Origin: Tubiluchus corallicola
Lineage: Eukaryota > Animalia > Priapulida
DNA length: 64,000 nucleotides
Reading direction: 5' to 3'
Assembly: GCA_030141605.1 (NCBI GenBank)
Contig: JAQGDQ010002369.1
Span: 434,001-498,000 of the forward strand
Part shown: in pieces, positions 9,019-18,960 of the stretch
Position numbering within the stretch: the stretch's first letter is position 1
Layout of the letters: each line of letters opens with the position of its first letter
Translations under genes and position numbers: made by a program
The notes under the pieces: generated by a model
Database searches by the model: none
The model's input: the letters and a program-made list of their open reading frames with translations, nothing else
Told to the model about the DNA's origin: nothing

Positions 9019-9085
9019 GGATTTGATGTTCATCTTCAGTGACTCTTACTATAATGGCTGGTCATTGAAAAACCGGTTTTGAAAT

Positions 9086-9871
9086 ATGTTGAGCTGGAAA
9101 GAGATCATTCAAAATTATGTTATCAAATATTCGAATCAGATAGGAAAAACCACTCAGCCGTTGAAAGAACGCTTTGGGATCGGTTATTTTACCTATCATC
9201 GGATTGACAACGCAGGAAATTATACAGTCCTTGTAGATAGCCCAAAATGGGCTGAACATTATGTAAGTGAACAAATTTTTCTCAATGATCCCTATCTAAG
9301 GCATCCTTCCCGATACCGATCAGGGATTACTTTAATCGAGAATCATGGTTCTGAAGAATACAGAGAACTTGCATTGAAAGCAGGGAAAGAAGTTCTCAAT
9401 ATGGACATGGGAGCAATGTTAATTGAGAAAAAAGATAGCTGTGTAGAGTTCTTTGGGTTTTCTGGGAATAATGAGACAAGCTCCCTTCAGAACCTCTACT
9501 TAACCATCCTCAGTTGCTAAAATCCTTTGCTATTCATTTCAAGAGAGAGCTTTGTCCTGTTCTGATCGATATGGAAAATGAGCCCGGCTCACTCATGGAT
9601 CTAAAAGGGGAAGACTTTCTCTGCGATGAACTCATTTGCCCAGAGGTCATATCTTCTACTCGTCTTGACTATTATAGAGATTTGGGGATGAGTCCTGAGG
9701 CTGAAAAAGCGGAAAAGCTTTCTCCCAGATAAAGAGACAGCTAATATTCTTGGATTGTCAAGCCGAACGGTTGAGTACTATTTTGAAAATATCAAAAACA
9801 AGCTCTCCTGTTGGAGTAAGAAAGAAATTTTAAGCATGGCCAGAGTCTTTGAAGAATTCGGACTTCTGTAA
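9086..9871 (+). pseudogene. LuxR-family regulator (autoinducer-binding-like N-domain + HTH); frameshifts and internal deletion
   Basis: Three frames. KLSPR followed by KETANILGLSSRTVEYYFENIKNKL (LuxR HTH) lacking the intervening helix. Confidence 0.85.
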
Positions 9872-9872
9872 C

Positions 9873-9891
9873 TACCGTATTCACTACGGTA
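9873..9891. promoter_or_regulatory. Perfect inverted repeat TACCGTA-N5-TACGGTA, candidate LuxR-type operator
   Basis: Palindrome directly after the LuxR stop and upstream of the GNAT gene. Confidence 0.55.
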
Positions 9892-10051
9892 ATTCTCTAT
9901 CCTAACTTCTGTCATATTTCTTCCTTCAATCATAACGGAGGAAAATATGGTTCGTTCTCATCAAATTGATTCCAAAACAACCAGGGTAATGATGCTGCCC
10001 ATACTCTTCCTTATGTTTGTCTATTTCGAAGACATTCCATTTGAGGATAAT

Positions 10052-10777
10052 ATGAGCAAATTTGAACCCCTATATGTACTTGAAAATATTTATGATGCAA
10101 TGAAACCAGCTCAGGAAAAAAGCAAAGAGGCATTTGCTTGGTTTTCCGGCATCCAACACCCATTGTTTAATGCGGTTATGCATCTTTCGGTCGATACGAA
10201 TTTAGAAGAGAAAGTAGATGCCCTCATTTCAAGCGCACCTGAAGGAATTCCTCTCTCTTTTTGGGTGAACAATCAGAATGATTCTCCACTCCTAAAAGAT
10301 ATATTGGTGAAAAGGGGATTCGAGTTAGCAATCGTCTGTCCTCTAATGGAACGATCAGTAACTCCTATGGTTTTACCTAATTTTGAAATTGAGAGGGCCG
10401 ACTTAGCAGTTTTTCATGATATTTTGGCAACAACGTTTCAACTTGATGAAGAGATATCAGAGGGATTTGCAAGTTTAATGGGGAACGTCAATGGTGAACA
10501 TTATCTCATTTATTTCGATGGTCGACCCGTTGGAACAGGTACTCTTATTCCTAGTGGAAAAATAGGTGTCATTTTTAACGTTTCAACTCTTCCTGAATAT
10601 CAAAAGAGAGGATGTGGACGGGCGATAATGGAGTTTCTGATGAATAGAGCCTCAGAACTTGGGCTAAAGAAGCTGATTCTGCAAAGTTCTCCTCAAGCTG
10701 AAAAGCTCTATACTGACTTGGAGTTCACAAAGTGTTTTGATGTCGAAATTTATGCTCGTTACGTCTATGTTATCTGA
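10052..10777 (+). CDS. GNAT-family acetyltransferase (alternative start 9947)
   Basis: IFNVSTLPEYQKRGCGRAIM (motif A), LQSS...LY..LEF; GAGG RBS before 10052. Confidence 0.85.
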   Translation: MSKFEPLYVLENIYDAMKPAQEKSKEAFAWFSGIQHPLFNAVMHLSVDTNLEEKVDALISSAPEGIPLSFWVNNQNDSPLLKDILVKRGFELAIVCPLMERSVTPMVLPNFEIERADLAVFHDILATTFQLDEEISEGFASLMGNVNGEHYLIYFDGRPVGTGTLIPSGKIGVIFNVSTLPEYQKRGCGRAIMEFLMNRASELGLKKLILQSSPQAEKLYTDLEFTKCFDVEIYARYVYVI

Positions 10778-10808
10778 CATTTTACTAATTTTGAACATAG
10801 GCTGGACG

Positions 10809-11639
10809 ATGAAACTAATGAGATTTATTCCATTGACATTCTTGGCGCTGGGCAACCTCTTTTCCATTGATCAGGAGTCTGTTTTTTTACTAGAGTCGTG
10901 CTCCTCTGATCATCAAATTGAAGTTGCCATACAAAAACCGGCAGGCGATGAATTTCAGTTGCTTATCTTTCTTCATGGAGCTTCTGGCAACGGATTGGAG
11001 AGTATCTCACAATCCTGGTGTGATCTATGGCTTGAGAAGGGATATGCAGTTGCTGCCATATCATTGCCTGGATACGGAGGATCAACAGGAGAAAAAGATT
11101 TTTGCGGCCCTTTCACTTTGAATGCGTTGCATTTCGCTATCAACTGGATTAAACAGGAAACGAATGTATCGGATTTTGGTCTGATTGGCTTTGGACAGGG
11201 AGGGTTTGCAGGAGTTTTATTATCCACGCAACGAACGGATATGAAGTGTGTTGTATGTGCAAACAGTGGTTATGATCTACTAAGACACAAAGTTGCTGAA
11301 GATGATCTAATGAATGTTCTGCAAAGAAAGGGATATGCTATAGATATCAATGATGATGAAGCATTATTGCTTCGGTCTCCCATTGCCCATATTTCAGAAA
11401 TTGACACTCCTCTTTTTCTTTTACATCGAAAGGGCGATCCGAGAATCAGCGATGAAGAAGTGACTGATTTTTATCACTCTATGCTAGCCGCAGAAAAAGA
11501 GTGTTTTCTTACCATACGAGAAAAAACTTCAGAAGACGACCCACAGAAAATCTCCTATGAAGAGGTTAGAGACGAAACAGAAGCTTGGGTAGATGAAATC
11601 ATGAATGAATCCGTCATTAAATCACTCGGGAATTTCTAG
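10809..11639 (+). CDS. Exported alpha/beta-hydrolase-fold protein, nucleophile apparently lost
   Basis: IFLHGA, GYAVAAISLPGYGGSTG, GFGQGG (in place of GxSxG), SPIAHI...TPLFLLH. Confidence 0.8.
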   Translation: MKLMRFIPLTFLALGNLFSIDQESVFLLESCSSDHQIEVAIQKPAGDEFQLLIFLHGASGNGLESISQSWCDLWLEKGYAVAAISLPGYGGSTGEKDFCGPFTLNALHFAINWIKQETNVSDFGLIGFGQGGFAGVLLSTQRTDMKCVVCANSGYDLLRHKVAEDDLMNVLQRKGYAIDINDDEALLLRSPIAHISEIDTPLFLLHRKGDPRISDEEVTDFYHSMLAAEKECFLTIREKTSEDDPQKISYEEVRDETEAWVDEIMNESVIKSLGNF

Positions 11640-11969
11640 ATGAAACGATTTGCAGTGCTATACCGGGGATACCTGAGGCCGGGGAAAGAGGCGGAATACA
11701 TCGAATGTTGGAAAATTATCTCTTCCTATTTTGTCGCTGAAAGAGGAGCCCTCGGCTCTACTCTTCATAAGACGGAAGAGGGGATGTGGGTTGCCTACTC
11801 CAGATGGCCGGATCGAAAGACGAGAGATGCTTCCTGGCCAAAAGAAGGAGAAGATGCCAATTCTGAATTGCCGGAGAAAATCCGGGATGCGATTATTGAG
11901 ATCAAATCTTGTTTGGATCCAGAAAGGCTTCTTCCAGAAATAGCCATGGAAATTGTCGAAGAAGCTTGA
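11640..11969 (+). CDS. Antibiotic biosynthesis monooxygenase (ABM/dimeric alpha-beta barrel) family protein
   Basis: PGKEAEY...W, GALGSTLH, AYSRWPD. Confidence 0.75.
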   Translation: MKRFAVLYRGYLRPGKEAEYIECWKIISSYFVAERGALGSTLHKTEEGMWVAYSRWPDRKTRDASWPKEGEDANSELPEKIRDAIIEIKSCLDPERLLPEIAMEIVEEA

Positions 11970-12039
11970 TCATTTTCTCCTTGGTAACCATAAGTAGGCA
12001 CTAGAAGATGAAAAACAACAGCTGCTCTTTTAGTTCTTA

Positions 12040-13389
12040 ATGAGTTATCTACGTTTATTATCTATAGTTCTTTTATTTTCTGTATCTGTTGCTGCTATTG
12101 CTGATCCGATTCAAGAACGGATCGATAAATGCGTGAAAGATCATTACAATGTTGGCATAGCTGTAATTGTAATCGAATCAACTAGTGTCCGGTATTATTT
12201 TGCGGGAACCATAAGCAAGATACTGCCTGCGAGGCCAGTTGACAAAGACACTATCTTTCCTCTTGCTTCGATGACGAAAGTATTTACTACTCTTGCTTTA
12301 GCAGAGCAGGTTGTGTTGGGAAAAATTAAATTGGATGCTCCTGCTCAGAATTGTATGCCGATAGGTCTAACGCTTCCTACCTACAAGGGTGATCCTATTC
12401 GGATTATGCCAACTCCACATAATATTAGCCATGGCAATCCTTTTGCTACTCTCGATCAGATTAAGGAGTTTCTAAAAAATTATAAACTACCTTATCCCCC
12501 GGGCTCACATTACCTTTATTCCAATCTTAGTATTTCATTATTGGCGCCATGTCTTTCAACATTATCTGGTGAGTCTTATGAAGTTTTCATGAAAAACAAT
12601 ATTTTTTTACCATTGAATATGACTGAAACTTATTTTCAAGTTCCTGAATACCGGAAGAATAATTTGGTAACAGGTTATTTGGCCGATGGAAAGGAAGCTA
12701 CTTACTGGCAATTTAAAGCTATGAATCCTGCAGGAGGTCTATTTTCATCTCCAAAAGATTTAGCGAATTTTTTGAAAGCAAACTTAGGGTTGATGAATAC
12801 CTCATTATATCCAGCCATGAAACTGGCACATAAACCATTTTATTCCGAAGGAAAAAATTCCCGCAATTCAGGGCTTCCTAAAGGAACGATTGTTTTTTCG
12901 TCTTTGGGATGGAATGTTTATGAAAATCTAGTTTGGAAAACAGGGAATTATCCAGGCTTTTCAAGTTTTATTGGTTTGAGAACTGATAAAAAACTAGGTG
13001 TTATTGTATTAGCGAATACAGGTAACATCGTTTATACCAATAACTTAGGCTTGCATATCTTGGATGCTTCCATTGAACTATTGCCTACTTATAGAGCGAT
13101 CCATCTCTCTGAAAATCAATTGAAAGGTTTAACCGGTACTTACCAAATAAAAAATGGAGATACTTATCAATTGCAAGTAGAAGGTTCTAGTATTCGCTCC
13201 CTAAATTTATCAGTTCCAATCACAGAGAGAAATTATTTTGCTTTGTATCCTATGGAAAAAGATAAATTCTTTGTCCTAGTAGATGACAGTATTTTTACTT
13301 TTTTTCGCAATAAAGAGGGTGACGTTACTGGAGTTACATTAACAGAGGATGGAAAAATATCTACAGGGACTAAAGTCGGTTCGAGATAA
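12040..13389 (+). CDS. Serine hydrolase, class C beta-lactamase/AmpH-like with C-terminal extra domain; apparent internal deletion
   Basis: Signal peptide, SMTK (SxxK), YSN, PAGGLFSS, WKTG. The usual LxTHTSGL segment is missing after GDPIR. Confidence 0.85.
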   Translation: MSYLRLLSIVLLFSVSVAAIADPIQERIDKCVKDHYNVGIAVIVIESTSVRYYFAGTISKILPARPVDKDTIFPLASMTKVFTTLALAEQVVLGKIKLDAPAQNCMPIGLTLPTYKGDPIRIMPTPHNISHGNPFATLDQIKEFLKNYKLPYPPGSHYLYSNLSISLLAPCLSTLSGESYEVFMKNNIFLPLNMTETYFQVPEYRKNNLVTGYLADGKEATYWQFKAMNPAGGLFSSPKDLANFLKANLGLMNTSLYPAMKLAHKPFYSEGKNSRNSGLPKGTIVFSSLGWNVYENLVWKTGNYPGFSSFIGLRTDKKLGVIVLANTGNIVYTNNLGLHILDASIELLPTYRAIHLSENQLKGLTGTYQIKNGDTYQLQVEGSSIRSLNLSVPITERNYFALYPMEKDKFFVLVDDSIFTFFRNKEGDVTGVTLTEDGKISTGTKVGSR

Positions 13390-13418
13390 GACGTTTCAAA
13401 TTTGGTTCTAATTAATAG

Positions 13419-13860
13419 CTATTGATTAAAGATGATTGTGATTGGGGACTTGAAGTACTGGGGGAAATACTCCTTGGCTATGTCCAAAGGGAACTCGTCA
13501 TCGGAGGTATCTTGACTGGTTTCTGCCAACAGATGAATCTCGAATATAGCCTGGTTGGAATGCCAACTGACAAGGGTGAGTTCTACTATGATGGGCTTCT
13601 TGTCATCCATGATCAGGAGGGCATTAGGGGGATTGGATGAAAATATTGCTCTGGTCCCAAGATTGTTGGAAGCTCTGATGAACATAGCCTGCTTTGTTCA
13701 TATGATGGGAAAATTTGGTAATCGTGCTGCGGGGTGAGTCTAATACCATTTGATTTCCAGTGATCTCTCCTCTGGGTGCCTGGATCACATGCAGAGTGGA
13801 CTCTTTTGAGCAAGAGCTTAAAAGGATGGCTAAGATTAGAACAGAGAACAGATTTTTCAT
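13419..13860 (-). pseudogene. Lipoprotein of unknown function, frameshifted
   Basis: MKNLFSVLILAILLSSC lipobox. Continues in the second frame as NPPNALLI...IIVELT. Confidence 0.65.
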
Positions 13861-13989
13861 GTGCATGTCTTTTTCATAATCTAAAGGGAGTTTTCTTAGC
13901 AATATTCTGCAACCGTATAGTGAAGAGGAAATTGTTACTTTATCTATTAAAGTGTTATCTATCTTTATAAGAGAAAATAAAGGGAAATT

Positions 13990-15972
13990 GTGATGTTTAA
14001 ACTCCTTTATCGATCCCTTTGTCTGGGAATCGCTTTTCTATCAGGAAATCTGGCGCATTCAGAAGAGAAAGCTGATCCTGCTTGTCATGAAACTGAGATT
14101 GAAATGCCCGTCTTTTCTGGTGGGCCTTATGGAGGTGGATCTTGGCTTTTTCTCCGGCCTGCTCCCTCGGATGGTGATTTGCAATATGGCACCCATCTCA
14201 GATTGACAGCACGCCGGCTAATTTGCATGCTTTTGTTTTGGAGCTGACACCAGACTACCACAGTTGTTTTCGTTTGAATTTTGGATATCAAATTCCTGAG
14301 ACGGGTTACAACATTCACTCGAATTATTTCTATTTCAGCGATAGCAAAAACGAACAAGTGAACAATCTTCCTTTCGACGAATTTATACAAAATTTCTTAG
14401 GAGGAAGCTTATCAACGGCCAATGGATCGGAAAAGCAAAAAATTCATCAGGCAGATCTATTATTCGGAAAGCAATACGTAGTCGATCATCATCTAGATTT
14501 GCATCCCTATGCTGGCCTTCATTTTGCGGATGTCAAACGCAACCTAGATGTCCTGTATACTGATTTAGTTCTTAATCCTTTTCCATCGAATTTAGAGGGA
14601 ACATTAGAGAGTCATTATTGGGGCGTAGGACCTCAGGCAGGAACGAGTTTTAAGTGTCCTGTGTCCTCCCTGATCAGCATTGCAGGTCATTTTGGAGCAG
14701 GGGCATTATTTGGCCGGCAACATTCCAGCATTAACTCAAATTCTATACGAGGCAATTTCGCCCAAAGTTTTAATGATCATAGTTCCCGTTTCCGGGTGGT
14801 TCCTGTTTTAAATAGTGATGTAGCTCTTGTGTTTACATATCCCTTTAAAAAACATCATTTTGCTTTGGAAATAACCGCAGGTTTCGAAGTGGACTACTTC
14901 TTCAGAGTGGTCAATCGGATCAACCCATTTAATGGTTATATTAACAATGCCAGCACAACTCCTGTGAAACAGACAAGTAATTTAGGGTTAGGCGGTCCTT
15001 ATGCGAAGGTTTCATTGATCCAAATACCGAAAAAATCGGATCCAAACGCTTCGGCTCGTTTTATGGCTGATGCTATTGATTCAGTCTCAGGTCTCTATGG
15101 GGGATTTACAAGTGCATGGCTGAAACCATCGCCCAATAATAATGACCTGACGTATGCAACGCTCCATACAAACGGGGTTGCGGATAGATCCCAAGCAGCT
15201 TCGACTGGTTATGATTGGACTGGAAGTTATGAAGCGGGCTATATGTTCTGGAATAATGTTGATCTGCGTGCAAATTATTTACATTTTCACTCGAGTGATA
15301 GTACATCGGTCTCAGCCGGTGCAAACCAGGGAATTAGCAGTCTCAACGCCAGCGGTCCTTCTGGAGTCTTATTTTCTAATGCAAGCTCACGTGTTAAATA
15401 CAAACTCGATCAAGTTGATTTAGTATCAGGAAAACGGATGCAATTAGGCAAGCTGTGGAATCTGTATACGTTTTTTGGTCTGCGTTACCTCTACCTAAAA
15501 CGGATCCAAGACAACGCTTATTCTGGAGGGACGCCTCCGTTAACTACAGAATTCAAGTCTCCATTATTAAAAAGTCGTTATCGAGGGTTAGGACTCATTT
15601 TTGGGTTAGATCCCTATTTAAGGATCATTGATAATTTACGGCTGGTTGGGCATGTAGACGTTGCTTTTTTGGTTGGTAAGATAAGATCCTCATTAGATCA
15701 GGTAAATACAGGATTGGTGGGCGATTCTTCCAATACTTTAAGAGTTCATAAGAGATTTTCTATTGTGCCGGTAGTTGATGCAAAAGCGGGACTAAATTAT
15801 GCGTATAAAGTAAATAACCATTTCGCCTTCGATATCGAAGCTGGATATCAATTTGCAGGCTATTATCGAGCCATAGACTTGGTTTTTCCAACGCTCCTGA
15901 CTGGCCCTCGAGCAAATAAACAGCGACCTAAGGCTAACTGGACCTTATCTTATGCTGGGAATTATTTTTTAA
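13990..15972 (+). pseudogene. Tandem two-domain Lpg1974/MOMP-like outer-membrane beta-barrel protein; frameshifts ~14195 and ~15905
   Basis: Two repeats of (W)L[RK]P.P...DL.Y ... S.[YW].G.G ... GPY. The corrected end GLEQINSDLRLTGPYLMLGIIF* carries a terminal Phe. Confidence 0.75.
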
Positions 15973-17065
15973 GCCAATCCGTCCCAATCTCATTTGCTGT
16001 TAGAATGCCGTCAGCGATATCACTCACTCTGATTTCAAAGGGTTCGTTGTAAATCGTTTCCCCTTCTTTGCAGGCTCTTTTGGCGATGATTTCTGCAATT
16101 TCTTTCGTAGGATCTTTGATTCCGAGCTGGCTCAAAGAGACAGGAAGCCCGATTTGGGTTGCAAAGTGGAGGACTTTTTCGATCAATGATTGATCCTTTC
16201 CTTCGAGAACGAGCTGGGTAAGAGTCCCAAAGGCTACTTTCTCACCATGTAGATAGGAATGTGCTTCAGGTATGACAGTCAGGCCATTATGAATCGCATG
16301 GGCCGCTGCCAGTCCGCAAGACTCGAAACCGAGGCCGGAAAGTAGAGTGTTTGCTTCTACAATTTTCTCAAGCTCCGGTGTAACTGTTTTTGTCTGTATA
16401 TCCAGACAGGCTTGAGCGCCAGATTGGAGGAGAGTCTCATAGAACAATTTTGCCAATGCCAGAGATGCTTGTGTAGGAAGCCCTCCCCGCATGTTTTTTT
16501 TATTGCCCTCTACACTGGTCACTGCTTCAAAGAAGGTGGCCAGGGCGTCACCCATGCCGGCTACTAGAAATCGAAGGGGGCTCTTGGCAATAATTTCTGT
16601 ATCGACAAGGACAAGATCGGGATTCTTGTTATGGATACTGTAATGATCAAAATCGCCATTTTTCTTGTAGATGACAGAAAGAGCACTGCATGGCGAATCG
16701 GAAGAGGCGATGGTCGGACAGCTAATGACTGGCAAATCTAGGCCTCTCGCAACCGCTCTGGCGGTATCTATTACCTTGCCTCCACCTGTCCCAACGACGG
16801 TTTTGATCTCATTTTTTTTAACGAGTGATTTGATGAGTTCGATTTCTTCTTCAGAACATTCTCCGTTGAAATAGTGGATGAAGTATTTCATAGAGACTTT
16901 ATCGAAGGTCTTTTTCCAGCTGTCTTTCAACAGTTTGTCAGCTGATTTGGATACGATGATTAAAACCGGATCCTTACATCCTAAATAGGCGAGCTCTTCA
17001 CCCAGGCTGAGTATGGCTCCTTTTCCTTGGACATAACGATGTGGGGCGCAAAAAACGGATAACAT
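15962..17065 (-). CDS. gldA: Glycerol dehydrogenase
   Basis: P.RYVQG, GGGKVIDTA, PTIASSDSPCSALSVIY, AGMGDALAT.FEA, EANTLLSGLGFES.GLAAAHAIHNGLT, HGEKVAFG. Confidence 0.95.
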   Translation of the reverse strand: MLSVFCAPHRYVQGKGAILSLGEELAYLGCKDPVLIIVSKSADKLLKDSWKKTFDKVSMKYFIHYFNGECSEEEIELIKSLVKKNEIKTVVGTGGGKVIDTARAVARGLDLPVISCPTIASSDSPCSALSVIYKKNGDFDHYSIHNKNPDLVLVDTEIIAKSPLRFLVAGMGDALATFFEAVTSVEGNKKNMRGGLPTQASLALAKLFYETLLQSGAQACLDIQTKTVTPELEKIVEANTLLSGLGFESCGLAAAHAIHNGLTVIPEAHSYLHGEKVAFGTLTQLVLEGKDQSLIEKVLHFATQIGLPVSLSQLGIKDPTKEIAEIIAKRACKEGETIYNEPFEIRVSDIADGILTANEIGTDWLKK

Positions 17066-17180
17066 GATGTGTCCAGCTATAAAAAATACGAAATAATTTA
17101 TCTAGAAATTGTTTTAATGATGAGGTGTTTATGGGAAATACTGTATCTTTATAAAGAAGAAGATATTCCTGGGCTGCATC

Positions 17181-17846
17181 ATGCTCTATAGAAAAGAAGA
17201 ACACTTATCCTCTCAAACCCTAAGAGAAGAGATCGCCAATGCCGTCACCCATGGGTTCGGTTTTATCTGCAGTGTGCTCGGATGTATCTCTTTAGTCTAT
17301 TATTCGATCAAAGAGGGCACAGCCTGGCATGTGGTCAGTTCCAGCTTTTATGGAGCCTCTTTGGTAGCGATGTACACAACTTCGACTCTCTACCATATCT
17401 GCCGGAACCGGGCAAAAGAGATCCTGCAAAGACTGGACCATATAAGCATTTATCTGCTGATTATGGGAACCTATATGCCGATCACATTGCTTGTTTTGAG
17501 GGGGAGCGTGGGGTGGACTTTATTCGGATTTGAATGTTCCCTTTGCTTTATAGGGGTCACTTTTAAGGCGATCTACGGTCATAAATATCCGGCTCTTTCA
17601 GGAGCTTTTTATCTTTTGATGGGATGGCTAGTGATTTTTGCCATAGAGCCGGTCATCGCAGCTCTTCCTGCCTATGGTCTGGCCTGGTTATTGGCCGGAG
17701 GGATCTTTTACACTCTTGGCTTCGTCTTTTTTGCTCTCGATAAAAAATACCACTATTTTCATACGATTTGGCATCTGTTTGTCCTGGCAGGAAGCTTTGC
17801 TCACTTTTATCTGATTTCATACTACGTTATTGCATTTGCCGCTTGA
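17181..17846 (+). CDS. Hemolysin III / PAQR family membrane protein (TrhA-like)
   Basis: EEIANAVTHG, STLYH, RLDHISIYLLIMGTY.P, HTIWHLFVLAGS. Confidence 0.95.
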   Translation: MLYRKEEHLSSQTLREEIANAVTHGFGFICSVLGCISLVYYSIKEGTAWHVVSSSFYGASLVAMYTTSTLYHICRNRAKEILQRLDHISIYLLIMGTYMPITLLVLRGSVGWTLFGFECSLCFIGVTFKAIYGHKYPALSGAFYLLMGWLVIFAIEPVIAALPAYGLAWLLAGGIFYTLGFVFFALDKKYHYFHTIWHLFVLAGSFAHFYLISYYVIAFAA

Positions 17847-18036
17847 TGAGCGTTTGGAAGAAGCCGCCTTGTTTGTCCCCTTTGTCGATATTTTTCCTTG
17901 GATTTCAATGGTTTAGGCGAATAATTTAATACTATTAAAATTAATTATTATGCAATTACAAGTCTTTATAATGGAGTTTTAATTTAAATTATTATATAAT
18001 ATTAGTATAAATTTTCTTGCAAGAAGGGAAGAAGTA

Positions 18037-18901
18037 ATGAGTTTAGCATTAGCATTAACTAGAAGAGAAGCAGCGCAGCTCAGGTCTCCTGATTTTACGC
18101 CTGTTGACGATAAAGTAGAGAGAGTAAGCGCTTTATATGTCTTTACACAGATCTGTAATGGAAGCTCCTTCTGTGACAAAGCTTGAAGCACTTGTTAACA
18201 TGGGAGATAAACTATTGGAAGTGAGGCCTAATATCCACCTCTGGAGTCTGAATGATATAGCCAGGGAAAGATTAGCGCAGCTTCCTGGAGCTAGCGCTCC
18301 TGAAGAGACGAGAGAAAATCGCGTATTGAGTAAATTCACAGAATGGGTTGTCCGGTCCAATTCCACTCTTCACCTTGGGTCGGGTTTTCAAACTGAGGGT
18401 TTGTTTCGAGTGTCTGCATTTAAATCCAAATTAGACCATTTAATGGAAGGCAAGTCAGAGATCGAAAGCGCTGATGCGTTAACGATTGTTGATGCATTAA
18501 AGAAGGTAGCTATTGAATTGCAAGTCAGCAATATTGCCAATCTATCTGCTCAAGAAGCTGATCGATCGAAGGAGGACTTTGTTAGAGATCTCCGTGCAAT
18601 AAGTCCCCATCAGAGAACTGCTTATTTTGCACTAGCTTCTCTTGCTCGAAATATCTACATGGAACGGGAAGTGAATAAAATGGATGGCATCGCATTAAGG
18701 GGATCTATGCCCGGGGTTCCAAAAGATCTTGATTTTGCCGATCCTGGAGTTAGAGCTCGTCTACAACATAATGATCCAAGCTGTTATGAATATGGACTTT
18801 TAGATATGTTGGGATTGAAAAGCCCTACTGAACTGGAAACTCTATTGGAAAATCTGGATGACATCCATCAGCGCCTTCCTGCAATGCAGTCGGCAGAGTA
18901 G
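18037..18901 (+). CDS. RhoGAP-domain effector candidate; N-terminal ~33 codons in another frame (ORF 18137-18901 intact)
   Basis: GFQTEGLFRVS (Arg finger), DALTIVDALKK, VNKMDGIAL. An upstream ATG at 18037 with RBS reads MSLALALTRRE... Confidence 0.7.
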
Positions 18902-18923
18902 TATTTCTTGAATTGAAGAACAT

Positions 18924-18950
18924 AAGGAGAAGCCTTTGGGCTTCTCCTTT
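18924..18950. terminator. Bidirectional terminator between convergent genes
   Basis: AAGGAGAAGCC-tttg-GGCTTCTCCTT. Confidence 0.8.
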
Positions 18951-18960
18951 CACATGAATG

